Origin: Nitrospirales bacterium
GTDB lineage: Bacteria; Nitrospirota; Nitrospiria; Nitrospirales; UBA8639
NCBI GenBank assembly: GCA_963422365.1
Contig: OY729426.1
Coordinates: 1,216,001-1,280,000 of the forward strand
Reading direction: 5' to 3'
DNA: 64,000 bases
Position numbers and translations under genes: made by a program. Below, piece by piece: positions 29,253 through 39,481 of this stretch. Below the pieces are notes generated by a model. It saw nothing but the letters and a program-made list of their open reading frames with translations. It was not told where the DNA came from and made no database searches. Within the stretch, counting starts at the first letter, position 1; each line of letters opens with the position of its first letter.

Positions 29253-31492
29253 ATGAGCATAAACACCAAATGGGTTGTTCCTTTTGTATCGCTCTGGCTG
29301 GTCTTGGGAAACTTGGTACTCCCGGTGATGGCAGAAACGCGGACAAAGGAAGAACAAGCCCAGAACCAAAACACGAAATCGGATGGACAACCACGGGTTG
29401 TCAATACCCTTCCCCCACAAATTTCCCAAGCCCCACCTTTGGGCCCAAAGGTGGGGCTCAAACTGAAGCCTGTGACCGTCACGGCGACCCGAATCGAAAA
29501 ACCCATCATCGCTATTCCCAATACCATTACGCTCGTTGAGGGGGAGGCTATTACTCAACAGACCACGATTCGAGATGACGTCCAAAGTATTCTGGAAAAT
29601 ACGGTGCCAGGATTCGGTCCCAGCTTGAGAAGACTGACAGGGCGCGCAGAGAGTCTTCGTGGACGGAATCCGCTGTATTTGATTGATGGGGTGCCCCAGT
29701 TCAATGCATTACGGGACGGCAAAACGATTGATCCTTTTTTCCTCGAGCGGATCGAGTTGATTCATGGCGCCAACGCGACTCAGGGGTTTGGTGCAACTGG
29801 CGGCGTGGTGAGTATGGTGACCAGGGCGCCTCGGCCGGCCGGCACATGGACGAATCTTGTACGAGCGGGCGTCACTACCCACGACAGTTTCAACGACGAC
29901 GCGTTCAGATACAAACTCGCCGGCCTGAGCGGCAAGAAATTCGAACGTGTTGACGTGATGGGCGGGGCAACGTTTTACCACAGAGGCCTGTTCTTCGATG
30001 CGAGCAGTGATCCCGTGGGGCTCTATCGGACACAAGGCGACATCATGGATTCGAAATCCTGGGATGTGTTTTTCAAGGCGGGGTTTGAACCGGATTCCCA
30101 CCAACGCCTACAGGTGATGGTCAATCATTTCAACCTCAAACGGGATGGGGATTTTAAGCCTGTCCGTGGCGATCGGGCAGCGGGACGGCTCACCACAACG
30201 GAAGCAGGTGACCCGAGTGCGGACGTGGGAGATCCAGCCCAAAACACCGTGACCACGCTCTCGCTGGATTACCGGAACAAAGCCATCTTCAAGGGAGAAC
30301 TGGTTTCCCAGTTCTCCCATTAGGATTTTTCGGCCCTCTACGAGGGTGGATTTGGAAGATATTTCCGTCTGACTCCGAAGGGTCCCGATTTCATTGATCA
30401 GTCGGAAATTCAATCGACAAAGTTGGGCGCCAAGTTTATCTACGCGTGGCACGGCTTCGACCGCTACAATCTCACCCCGAGTATCGGATTTGATTTTCTC
30501 CGGGATCAGTCGGCTCAGGTCCTCGCCAAAAGTGGCAGGGAGTGGGTGCCGGAAACCACGTTCAACAGTTACGCCCCGTTCACACAATTCGACTATACGG
30601 TATTCGACCGGGTGCACCTCACGGCCGGCGTTCGATACGTCACGGCTGACCTAGGAGTGGATGATTACACCACGATCGCCGGCGAAGGCAGCAACTTTGT
30701 GTCCGGAGGCAACCCGAATTTTCAGGAAGCCTTGCCGAACGGCGGGATGACGGTCGAGCTATGGCCCCATGGTTGTCGATCTATGGATCGTATGCAGAGG
30801 GGTTGACCATGCCGGATGTGGGTCGGATATTGAGGGCCGTGTCCACTCTAGGGAAAGACGTGGATACGTTCTTGAATCTGGAGCCGGTGGTGACGCGAAA
30901 CCTCGAGTTTGGGTTGAATTTCGATTGGAGCCGCGCCAGGTTCCACGTCGCCTATTACCGGTCTGATGCGGATCTTGGAGCCAATCTGGAACTCGTTAAT
31001 AACATCTACAACGTGAGACGAGAAAAGACCCAGATTCAGGGTGTAGATCTCACCGGCTCTTTTGACGTGACCGAGGATGTGACGGCCGGGTTCACGTATG
31101 CGTGGATCAAAGGGCAGCGTGACTCGACGAAGGATGGCAATGTTGATACGGATCTCGGTGGAGTGAACATCGCTCCCAACCGCCTCAACCTGTTTACGGA
31201 GGTCGATGTGGGCAGGGGATGGAGTGGCCGCGTGCAAGTTTCTCATTTCTTCGATCGTGACTTCGAAGGGCAGGGAATCACCTGTAAGAACGGTGACAAC
31301 GACTTCAGCGGCTATACTCTTGTCGACCTTTTTATCGGCAAAGACATCGGCTACGGACAGATCAGCCGGGGAATCGAAAACCTTCTGGACAAGCAGTATA
31401 TCCCTTACTTTTCACAAACCGATCACAGGCCTGATACGTTCTTCGCAGGGGCAGGGCGCATGATGACGGTGTTCTATCAGCATGAATTCTAA
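29253..31492 (+). pseudogene. TonB-dependent siderophore receptor (IutA/RhtA-like), inactivated
   Basis: Signal peptide, VTVTATR, LRGRNPLYLIDGVPQ, ERIELIHG, ENLLDKQY, C-terminal F; in-frame TAG at 30321-30323; frameshift near 30760. Confidence 0.92.
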
Positions 31493-31617
31493 GGCACCGA
31501 AGGACACAGGTCGGACCAATCAGACCGAGCGCGTTTGCTGAAGACGCCCACAAACCGCATGCCCCGTCTTTGCCGCGCCTACTTTTCATGCCCGTGTGGG
31601 CTTTCGGGGACACGACA

Positions 31618-32694
31618 ATGTTCGCACGAAGATCCTGCGGCTGCTGCATCGTTGGCTGGGGTTACTCGTCGGTCTTGTCGTGATCGCCGTGGCCCTGTCC
31701 GGCGGAATTCTCATTTTTCACGACTCGATCCTGCGGACGACGTGGCCGGTCCTGGCCCATCCGCTCCAGCCTGGGCAGGAACGCGTATCCGACCATTCTT
31801 TCCGATATCGAACAGCGCTTCCGTGATCCCGACATGCAATTGATCAAATTTCCCGACCAGGAAATGAACGCATTTCACCTTTGGTTGCACGATGGGTCCG
31901 AAGCCTTGGTGCATCCCGTCTCTGGCCGTCTGATTTCCCGATGGACCTGGGATGAGACGTTGACGGGCATGCTCTTTGAATTACATGCGAATTTGCTGGC
32001 CGGAGAAGTAGGAGAGCAGGTCAACGGCTATCTTGGTCTGCTGATCTTAGGGTTCGTGCTGTCCGGCCTGATCCTCTGGTGGCACCAGCGCAGGACCTTT
32101 CGGCTATGATTGGCCCTGCCCCGGAGGATGTCGTCGGCTCATCTCATTCGGGCGCACTCCGCCATCGGGATCATCTTCGCAGCAGGGATTTTCTTGTTTG
32201 TGTTCACCGGCGTGACCATGGTTTTTTATCGCCCCTTTATGACCACCATCACCGCCATTCTCGATTCGACTCTGCCCATGGTGCCTGCGGCGAGGGTCGA
32301 ACCAACGGATCAGCCTGTCCAGCCGTGGACTGCGATCCTGGAAACAGTGGCGACGATGTTTCTGGACGGCAAGCTGGTCTATTATATTCCACCCCGTCAG
32401 GACAACGCGGTCATGACTTTTCGAAAACGGATGCCCGGCGAATGGCACCCGAACGGCCGCTCGTTTATCCTGCTCCACCCCTATACAGGAGAAGTGCTCC
32501 AAACCATCGATGCCCGACAGCAACGGCTCGGCATGCGTCTCATGGAAAAAGACTACCCCTTGCATGCCTCCAAAGTGGGCGGAACGCCCTATACCCTGGT
32601 AGCACTCGGCACCGCTGGTGCCTTGATAGCGCTTGGGGTGTTCGGATGCCTGAGTTATTTCTTGAAGATCGTGCCTCATAGAAGAAAACATTGA
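31618..32694 (+). pseudogene. PepSY-associated TM protein, inactivated
   Basis: LHRWLGL..LSGG, ELHANLLAG, LSGLILWW, HSAIG..FTG, YPLH; frameshifts near 31630 and 31785; in-frame TGA at 32107-32109. Confidence 0.9.
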
Positions 32695-32815
32695 GCCCCT
32701 GCAGCTCGTCCGGATTGCCGGCCGCTTTCTGCTTGTGTACCTTGACCAGATGGAGACCTTTGGATAATGTCACGACGATCGTAGCAAGGAATAGCTAAGA
32801 GCTATGTCGTAGCTG

Positions 32816-32989
32816 GCAGATCGGATGAGCCTCTAGGAGGTATCCGACCTTCTCTATTCGTCCCACTCTCTCAGGACTACCCTGGCTCCGGGCTTCCCCA
32901 TATCTGGCCACTCCCCCGGTGCGGGGACTACCCGTCTTTCGCCGGATTGTCATCAGATTGTCGGATGACGCTTCGCTCATCCGACCTAC
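32816..32989. repeat. Inverted REP doublet (REPIN-like), family B
   Basis: gtcggatgacgcttcgctcatccgacctac at 32960-32989; degenerate inverted copy gcagatcggatgagc..tatccgac at 32816-32848. Confidence 0.7.
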
Positions 32990-33109
32990 GGGACATCGAG
33001 GAGTATTAAAGGTTTCCGAACTTATGCTCGACCGCTTTCCTCAATTGACTCAAAATTTGAGCCCTTGCTATCGTAACTCGGCTCGCGACCGTCTGGGAAG
33101 GAGGACACT

Positions 33110-33964
33110 GTGCACGCCAAGATCATTGATGGTAAGCGCTTAGCGCAGGACATTCGTGATGATATCGGCCGAGAGGTCAAGGCGTTTGAAGCGCAAACCG
33201 GCGTTTGTCCTGGTTTGGCGGTGGTGTTGGTCGGCGAGGATCCGGCCTCGGCGGTCTATGTTCGAAATAAAAAGAAGGCGTGTGATAGTGCCGGCCTGTA
33301 TGTGGCTGACCATCAGTTGTCCGCGAATACAAGCCAAGCCGAGTTATCAACCCTCATTCATCAGTTGAATGCAGATCCCAAGGTTCATGGGATTTTGGTA
33401 CAGCTTCCCTTGCCGGCGCATATTGAGAGCCAAGTCATTCTCAATGCCCTATCTCCCGACAAAGATGCTGATGGCTTTCATCCGTACAATATCGGCCGGT
33501 TGGTCGAGGGGGAACCGGTGTTTGTTCCGTGTACTCCCCAAGGGGTGATCCGCATGATTGAATCGACCGGCGAAACGCTTGCGGGGAAGCGGGCGGTCGT
33601 GGTCGGGCGGAGTCACATCGTGGGAAAGCCTGTTGCCATGTTACTCATGCATCAACATGCCACCGTGACGATTTGTCATTCACGGACAAAGGATTTGCCT
33701 GCCGTCTGCCGGGAAGCCGATATTCTTGTGGCTGCGATTGGCAAAGCCCAATTCATCAAAGGCGATATGGTGAAAGACGGGGCCATCGTGATTGACGTGG
33801 GAATTAATCGACTCGATGACGGCAGATTGGTCGGCGATGTGGATTTTGAGCAGGTGCGTGAACGCGCCGGCTGGATTTCCCCTGTCCCGGGAGGTGTCGG
33901 TCCGATGACCATTGCGATGTTATTAGCGAACACATTGGAGGGGGCTAGGCGAGCCGCGACATAG
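33110..33964 (+). CDS. folD: Methylene-THF dehydrogenase/cyclohydrolase
   Basis: YVRNK, VQLPLP, KDADG, PCTP, GRSHIVGKP, PVPGGVGPMT. Confidence 0.98.
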   Translation: MHAKIIDGKRLAQDIRDDIGREVKAFEAQTGVCPGLAVVLVGEDPASAVYVRNKKKACDSAGLYVADHQLSANTSQAELSTLIHQLNADPKVHGILVQLPLPAHIESQVILNALSPDKDADGFHPYNIGRLVEGEPVFVPCTPQGVIRMIESTGETLAGKRAVVVGRSHIVGKPVAMLLMHQHATVTICHSRTKDLPAVCREADILVAAIGKAQFIKGDMVKDGAIVIDVGINRLDDGRLVGDVDFEQVRERAGWISPVPGGVGPMTIAMLLANTLEGARRAAT

Positions 33965-33986
33965 TGGGAGCGACCTGAACACTGCT

Positions 33987-34877
33987 ATGCCTGCGCACCG
34001 AGCCACTCTCCACGATTCGTTAGCCCAAGGTCAGTTCACCGTGACCGTAGAGTTGAACCCCCCCAAGGGGACTGATGTGTCGGAGTTACTTGAGACTGCC
34101 AAGTCGTTAAGTGGTCGAGTTCATGGGATCAATGTGCCCGATAATACCGCCGCGGTGATGCGGGCGAGTTCGGTGGCCATCGCCCACCTTCTCTATCAAC
34201 AGGGGCATGACCCCGTGCTCCAACTCACATGCCGTGATCGAAACCGAATTGGCCTTCAATCGGATCTCTTGGGAGCCCACATTCTCGGTCTTCGTAATGT
34301 GCTCTGTCTGACCGGCGATAGTCCGAGCGTCGGCGATCATAAGGATGCGAAGCCGGTGTTCGATCTGGATACCGTTCAAGTCATGCATGCGGTGAGGGAA
34401 CTCAATCAAGGACGAGATTTATCCGGCAACGCATTAGAGGGGCATACCGCATTTTTTATCGGCGGTGCGGCGGCCCCGGGCACCGAATCGGTCGATCTCT
34501 TGCATGAAAAATTTGAGGCTAAAGTCAAAGCCGGCGCACAATTTTTTCAGACGCAAGCCATTTTTTCGGCGAAGCCTTTTCAGGCTTTCATGGAAGAGGT
34601 GAATCCCTATTCCCGTAAAATCTTAGCCGGGGTCCTGGTGCTCCGATCGGTCAAAATGGCAGAATATGTCAACGCGCATGTGTCGGGTATTCACGTTCCC
34701 GAAGAGATTCTGCAAGAACTTCGGAACGCTGGGGAAGCCCATGCATCCGAAGCCGGGATTGAAATTGCGGTGCGAACCATTCGAGCCATTCGTCCCTACT
34801 GTCATGGGGTGCACATTATGGCCGGCCGGTTGGCGAATCGACTTCCCGAGATTATCAGAAAGGCAGAGTTGAGATGA
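33987..34877 (+). CDS. metF: Methylenetetrahydrofolate reductase
   Basis: TVELNPPKG, TCRDRN, LTGD, KVKAGAQFFQTQ. Confidence 0.92.
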   Translation: MPAHRATLHDSLAQGQFTVTVELNPPKGTDVSELLETAKSLSGRVHGINVPDNTAAVMRASSVAIAHLLYQQGHDPVLQLTCRDRNRIGLQSDLLGAHILGLRNVLCLTGDSPSVGDHKDAKPVFDLDTVQVMHAVRELNQGRDLSGNALEGHTAFFIGGAAAPGTESVDLLHEKFEAKVKAGAQFFQTQAIFSAKPFQAFMEEVNPYSRKILAGVLVLRSVKMAEYVNAHVSGIHVPEEILQELRNAGEAHASEAGIEIAVRTIRAIRPYCHGVHIMAGRLANRLPEIIRKAELR

Positions 34878-35662
34878 TGACGGTTCCAGAGTTTCAAGGC
34901 CACAAGGGGAAGAAAAAATTGGTGGTTGTGACGGCCTACGATGCGTTGTTCACTCGCATGATTGAACAAGCTGGAATCGACGTCATTCTGGTCGGGGATT
35001 CGCTGGGCGTCGTGATCCAAGGGAAAACGGACACGTTGTCGGTCACCATGGAAGATATGGTGTATCACACTCGGCTTGTGGCTCAAAGCCGGCAACAGGC
35101 ATTGGTCATCGCCGATATGCCGTTTATGAGTTATCAGGTCAGTGGGGAACAGGCCATGCACAATGCGGGTCGCTTGATCCAAGCAGGAGCCACGGCTGTG
35201 AAATTAGAAGGGGGCGACGCCATGGTGGATCGGGTTCGGGCCTTAACTAGGGTGGGCATTCCGGTTATGGGCCATATCGGCATGACGCCGCAATTCGTGA
35301 ACCGCTTTGGCGGCTACAAAGTTCAAGGAAGAGAAGAAGCCCAAGCCGAAACGTTGGTAACCGATGCCAAGGCGTTGGAAACAGCCGGGGCGTTTGCATT
35401 GGTCTTGGAGGCGATACCTTCGACCTTGGCGCAATCCATGACTCAAGTGGTCTCAGTCCCCACCATTGGAATCGGGGCGGGGCCCCACTGTGATGGACAG
35501 GTGTTGGTCCTGTATGACCTTCTTGGCTTGTTTGATGAATTTGTTCCCAAATTTGTCAAACCCTATGCCCACCTCAAAGCCGATGCCCTTCAAGCCTTAC
35601 GGCGTTTCAAGGAAGAGGTGGAATGTCAGAAGTTTCCCACTGATCGGGAAAGCTATCATTAA
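34874..35662 (+). CDS. panB: Ketopantoate hydroxymethyltransferase
   Basis: TAYD, LVGDSLG, ADMPF, KLEGG, GHIGMTPQ, DGQVLV. Confidence 0.98.
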   Translation: MMTVPEFQGHKGKKKLVVVTAYDALFTRMIEQAGIDVILVGDSLGVVIQGKTDTLSVTMEDMVYHTRLVAQSRQQALVIADMPFMSYQVSGEQAMHNAGRLIQAGATAVKLEGGDAMVDRVRALTRVGIPVMGHIGMTPQFVNRFGGYKVQGREEAQAETLVTDAKALETAGAFALVLEAIPSTLAQSMTQVVSVPTIGIGAGPHCDGQVLVLYDLLGLFDEFVPKFVKPYAHLKADALQALRRFKEEVECQKFPTDRESYH

Positions 35663-35714
35663 CCAGTTTTCGGTATCGAAGTTCAGAAACCGTAGGTACT
35701 CCCAACCAGGAGGA

Positions 35715-35766
35715 GTAGAGCCTCATCTCATGCGGCCTAACAAGGCGTGACGAGATCGACTGCTAC
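35715..35766. repeat. GTAG-type REP-like element, family A (inverted copy)
   Basis: gtagagcctcatctcatgcggcctaa is 22/26 to the reverse complement of 14499-14524. Confidence 0.65.
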
Positions 35767-35872
35767 ACAGAGGGGGAACTGGCGGGAGAAGACCAGTCCC
35801 ATCCTCCGATCAGGGATGGAATGACAAGGAACAGGAATCCGAGTGCCAAAGGTGGTGGACTCATACAGTCTA

Positions 35873-35901
35873 TTGACAAATAGTGAGGGGGAGCCTAGGA
35901 T
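35873..35901 (+). promoter_or_regulatory. Sigma70-like promoter of purA
   Basis: TTGACA-17bp-TAGGAT. Confidence 0.6.
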
Positions 35902-35974
35902 CGGTGGGTGGGCTCTGGCGTCAGTTGGCCGGGGCCTTTTTTGTGACTGTTTTCTGGAAAAGCCTGGTTGGCAC

Positions 35975-37303
35975 ATGGGAAATTTAGTGGTCATTGGGTC
36001 CCAGTGGGGGGATGAGGGCAAGGGAAAAATCGTTGATATTCTGGCCCAAGATGCGGATATCATCGTGCGTTTCCAGGGTGGCTCTAATGCCGGGCATACG
36101 GTCGTCACGAGAAAAGGCACGTTTGTTTTCCACTTAATTCCCTCTGGAATCTTGTCACGGGGGAAACGGTGTATTTTGGGAAACGGGGTGGTCATCGACC
36201 CGGGGGCTTTGATCGGAGAGCTGGACCAATTGGCTTCCCAAGGTATTAAAGTGGGTCAAAATCTGGCCATTAGTCAGCGCGCCCATCTGATCATGCCGTA
36301 TCATAAAGCGATCGACAAAGCCCTGGAAAAAGCGAAGGGCGCTCGTCGGATTGGGACAACCGGCAAAGGGATCGGACCGGCCTATGTGGACAAAATGGCG
36401 CGTATTGGGATTCGCGTGGGAGACCTGCTCGATCCTGAAGGGTTTCGGGAAAAAATAGAAAATAATTTAGTCGAAATCAACAGTTTTCTTCGGCACGTCT
36501 ACGGCGTCCGAGGGTTTCATGCCGATCGTATCTGTGAAGAATACCTTGCCTATGCCCAACGCCTGTCTTCTTTCATGACTGATGATTCTCTGCTCATCCA
36601 CAAGGCCATAGAAAGTGGACGTCGCGTACTCTTTGAAGGGGCCCAGGGGACGCACCTTGACGTGGATCTGGGGACGTATCCCTTTGTGACATCATCCAAT
36701 GCATGTGCTGGTGGCGCCTGCACGGGGGTTGGGGTGGGGCCGACAAGAATCGACGCGGTGCTGGGCGTCACCAAAGCCTATACCACGCGTGTGGGCAGCG
36801 GGCCGTTTCCCACGGAGTTATCCGATGATGTCGGCAGTAGTTTGCAAGAACGTGGGCAGGAATTTGGCGCCACCACTGGCAGAGCACGTCGGTGTGGATG
36901 GTTGGATGCGATGATTTTGCGCTATGCGGTCCGGGTAAATGGCTGCACCTCTTTGGCGGTGACGAAACTGGATGTGCTGGATGGGTCGCCGGAACTCAAG
37001 ATCGCGGTAGGGTATCGCCATCAGGGAAACCTGTATCGAGAGATGCCCGCCGATCCACGTATCCTCACGAATTGTGACCCCGTCTATGAAATGCTCCCCG
37101 GGTGGGCGGGGACGACCACCGGGGCGACGTCCTATAAAGCCTTGCCGGTCGAGGCCAAGCGATATTTGAGGCGCATTGAAGACCTGACTTCGTGTCCGAT
37201 CGATATCGTGTCGACGGGGTCTCATCGAGAACATACGATTATGCTGAAGAACCCCATGACGCAGACGCGCCCTCGTGTTAAACTCTCCAAAGTCAGTGCT
37301 TGA
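35975..37303 (+). CDS. purA: Adenylosuccinate synthetase
   Basis: QWGDEGKGK, GGSNAGHT, IGTTGKGIGP, EGAQG. Confidence 0.98.
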   Translation: MGNLVVIGSQWGDEGKGKIVDILAQDADIIVRFQGGSNAGHTVVTRKGTFVFHLIPSGILSRGKRCILGNGVVIDPGALIGELDQLASQGIKVGQNLAISQRAHLIMPYHKAIDKALEKAKGARRIGTTGKGIGPAYVDKMARIGIRVGDLLDPEGFREKIENNLVEINSFLRHVYGVRGFHADRICEEYLAYAQRLSSFMTDDSLLIHKAIESGRRVLFEGAQGTHLDVDLGTYPFVTSSNACAGGACTGVGVGPTRIDAVLGVTKAYTTRVGSGPFPTELSDDVGSSLQERGQEFGATTGRARRCGWLDAMILRYAVRVNGCTSLAVTKLDVLDGSPELKIAVGYRHQGNLYREMPADPRILTNCDPVYEMLPGWAGTTTGATSYKALPVEAKRYLRRIEDLTSCPIDIVSTGSHREHTIMLKNPMTQTRPRVKLSKVSA

Positions 37304-37343
37304 TTATTCTTGAACCACGTTCGTACCGTTGGAGATCAGTCGT

Positions 37344-37372
37344 TTGACAACCATTGGACTGGTTGTTAGCAT
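37344..37372 (+). promoter_or_regulatory. Sigma70-like promoter of tRNA-Lys
   Basis: TTGACA-17bp-TAGCAT. Confidence 0.7.
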
Positions 37373-37383
37373 CCGATTCGGGT

Positions 37384-37459
37384 GAGCCGCTAGCTCAGTT
37401 GGTAGAGCATCGCCCTTTTAAGGCGAGGGTCCTCGGTTCGAGCCCGAGGCGGCTCACCA
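37384..37459 (+). tRNA. tRNA-Lys (TTT)
   Basis: Acceptor GAGCCGC/GCGGCTC, anticodon loop CTTTTAA, T-loop TTCGAGC, CCA end. Confidence 0.97.
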
Positions 37460-37633
37460 ATTATCAATAAAGTGACGAGCCCCCTACTCGTGTCCGATGA
37501 ACCGCCATAGGACAAAAGTACGTTCACGTCCTTCAGGGGCTGGACGAGCATAGGCTGAAGGAAAGCCCTCGTTCCTGACGGAAGGGTAAATGGCTTGCCT
37601 TGGGCAATGGAGAAATGATAAAGTTCCGACAGT

Positions 37634-37660
37634 AAAGTGGGCTTTCGCCCACTTTTTTTT
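37634..37660 (+). terminator. rimP leader hairpin / intrinsic terminator
   Basis: aaagtgggc-tttc-gcccac followed by T8, upstream of rimP. Confidence 0.8.
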
Positions 37661-37717
37661 GCGTTGTTGTTCCCCCAGAGCTTATTCCAAAGGGCCAGAG
37701 GGCGTGGAATTGCGGAC

Positions 37718-38191
37718 ATGAACAGGCTGGGGAGCCAAGTCCATCACATCGCCGAGCCGATTGCCAAGGCCCTCCACCTTGAAATTGTCGAAGTCGAGTG
37801 TCACGGCAAGGGTGCTAGAACAATCGTGCGGGTGATTGTCGAGAAAGAGGGAGGTGTTGGGATTAAGGATTGTGAACAGTTTCACCATTCGCTGGCTCGA
37901 GCGCTTGATGTGGCTGACCCTATCCCCCACGCCTATCGTCTTGAGGTGTCTTCCCCTGGACTCGATCGTCCGTTGAAGCAGCGAAAGGACTATGACCAAG
38001 CGGTTGGACAAAACATTCGGGTCAAAGTCCATGACCCTATTCATGCGCATGGGACGTTTATCGGTCAGTTAGCTGAGGTCAATGACCAAGGTATTACCCT
38101 TCAGGTGCCGGTTCGAAAATCGCGAACATCTCGACAGGTGGCCCTTCTGTGGGAGGCTATCGCCCAAGCCAGACGCGAAATTGAATGGTAA
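37718..38191 (+). CDS. rimP: Ribosome maturation factor RimP
   Basis: YRLEVSSPGLDRPL. Confidence 0.96.
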   Translation: MNRLGSQVHHIAEPIAKALHLEIVEVECHGKGARTIVRVIVEKEGGVGIKDCEQFHHSLARALDVADPIPHAYRLEVSSPGLDRPLKQRKDYDQAVGQNIRVKVHDPIHAHGTFIGQLAEVNDQGITLQVPVRKSRTSRQVALLWEAIAQARREIEW

Positions 38192-38254
38192 CGGAAAGAG
38201 GGTGACTTGGTCGGGTAAGCGCCGACTGAGTGGGGAGCAAGAAGAGGAGTGGTT

Positions 38255-39469
38255 ATGAAACGTGAACTGATGGCAGTCATTGAGCAAGTGGGGCGTGAAA
38301 AAGGCATTGATAAACATCGGGTGCTTGCGGCCGTGGAATCCGCGTTGCTGACCGCGGCGAAGAAACGGTATGGAAACAATGAAAATATTCAGGTCCAAAT
38401 CGACCATGACACAGGCGAAATTTTGGTCGTATCCTTAAAAACCATTGCGGAGCAAATTACCGATGTCAAGGCTCAGATTTCCTTAGACGAGGCACGGACG
38501 ATTGATGGAGAGGCTGAATTGGGAGATGAGATCGGGTCGTTCATCGACGTCGAGGAATTCGGAAGGATTGCGGCGCAGGCCGCGAAACAAGTGATCTGCC
38601 AAAAAGTTCGGGAAGCCACATGGGAGGCGGTCGAACGAGAATATTCGAAGCGAGAGGGAGAATTGGTTCACGGAATAATATTAGGACAGGAACGCCGGCA
38701 CTGTCTGGTGGAAATTGGAAAGACCGAAGCCTTATTGCCTGTTCATGAACAAATTCCCCGAGAGGTCCATCGGCGAGGCGACCGTGTTCGAGCGTTGCTG
38801 TTGGAAGTGCGCCGAAGTCCTAAGGATGTTCAGGTGATCCTGTCCCGAGCGCATCCGCAGTTTGTGGTCAAACTCTTTCAATTAGAGGTCCCGGAAGTCA
38901 CGGAAAAAATTTTGGAGATTAAAGGGGTGGTGCGTGAACCCGGGGATCGGACCAAGATCGCGGTGTCCTCCAAGGATAAAGCCGTTGATCCGGTTGGAGC
39001 CTGTGTCGGGATTAAGGGATCCCGTGTCCAGGCAATTGTGCGGGAACTCAAAGGGGAAAAGATTGATATCATCCCGTGGACGACAGATCCGCGAGTGTTT
39101 ATTGGCGAAGCGTTGAATCCGGCCTCCATTGAGAAAGTGGGCATCGATGAGGAGAAAAAGGCTGCACTGGTAGTGGTGGCGGACTCTCAATTGTCGTTGG
39201 CCATTGGCAAAAACGGTCAAAACGTACGCCTTGCCGCCAAATTAACCGGGTGGAAAATTGATATCATTAGCGTAAGTGAATATGAAAAAGAAAAACTCGA
39301 TCGAGAACGAGAAATAAAAGCCGCATTAGCTGAAGAAACCGCCGCGCAACTTGAACAAGAGGCTGGAACAGAGGGACTGCCGTCGGAACCTGAGCGTGAA
39401 GGGGAGAGCGGTGAAGCGCTCGAGTTGACATCCGAAGAGACCGTTGAATCCCTAGAGGCTTCCTCGTAA
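38255..39469 (+). CDS. nusA: Transcription factor NusA
   Basis: FGRIAAQAAKQ, REPGDRTK, AIGKNGQNVRLA. Confidence 0.98.
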   Translation: MKRELMAVIEQVGREKGIDKHRVLAAVESALLTAAKKRYGNNENIQVQIDHDTGEILVVSLKTIAEQITDVKAQISLDEARTIDGEAELGDEIGSFIDVEEFGRIAAQAAKQVICQKVREATWEAVEREYSKREGELVHGIILGQERRHCLVEIGKTEALLPVHEQIPREVHRRGDRVRALLLEVRRSPKDVQVILSRAHPQFVVKLFQLEVPEVTEKILEIKGVVREPGDRTKIAVSSKDKAVDPVGACVGIKGSRVQAIVRELKGEKIDIIPWTTDPRVFIGEALNPASIEKVGIDEEKKAALVVVADSQLSLAIGKNGQNVRLAAKLTGWKIDIISVSEYEKEKLDREREIKAALAEETAAQLEQEAGTEGLPSEPEREGESGEALELTSEETVESLEASS

Positions 39470-39481
39470 ATCTTGTGAATC

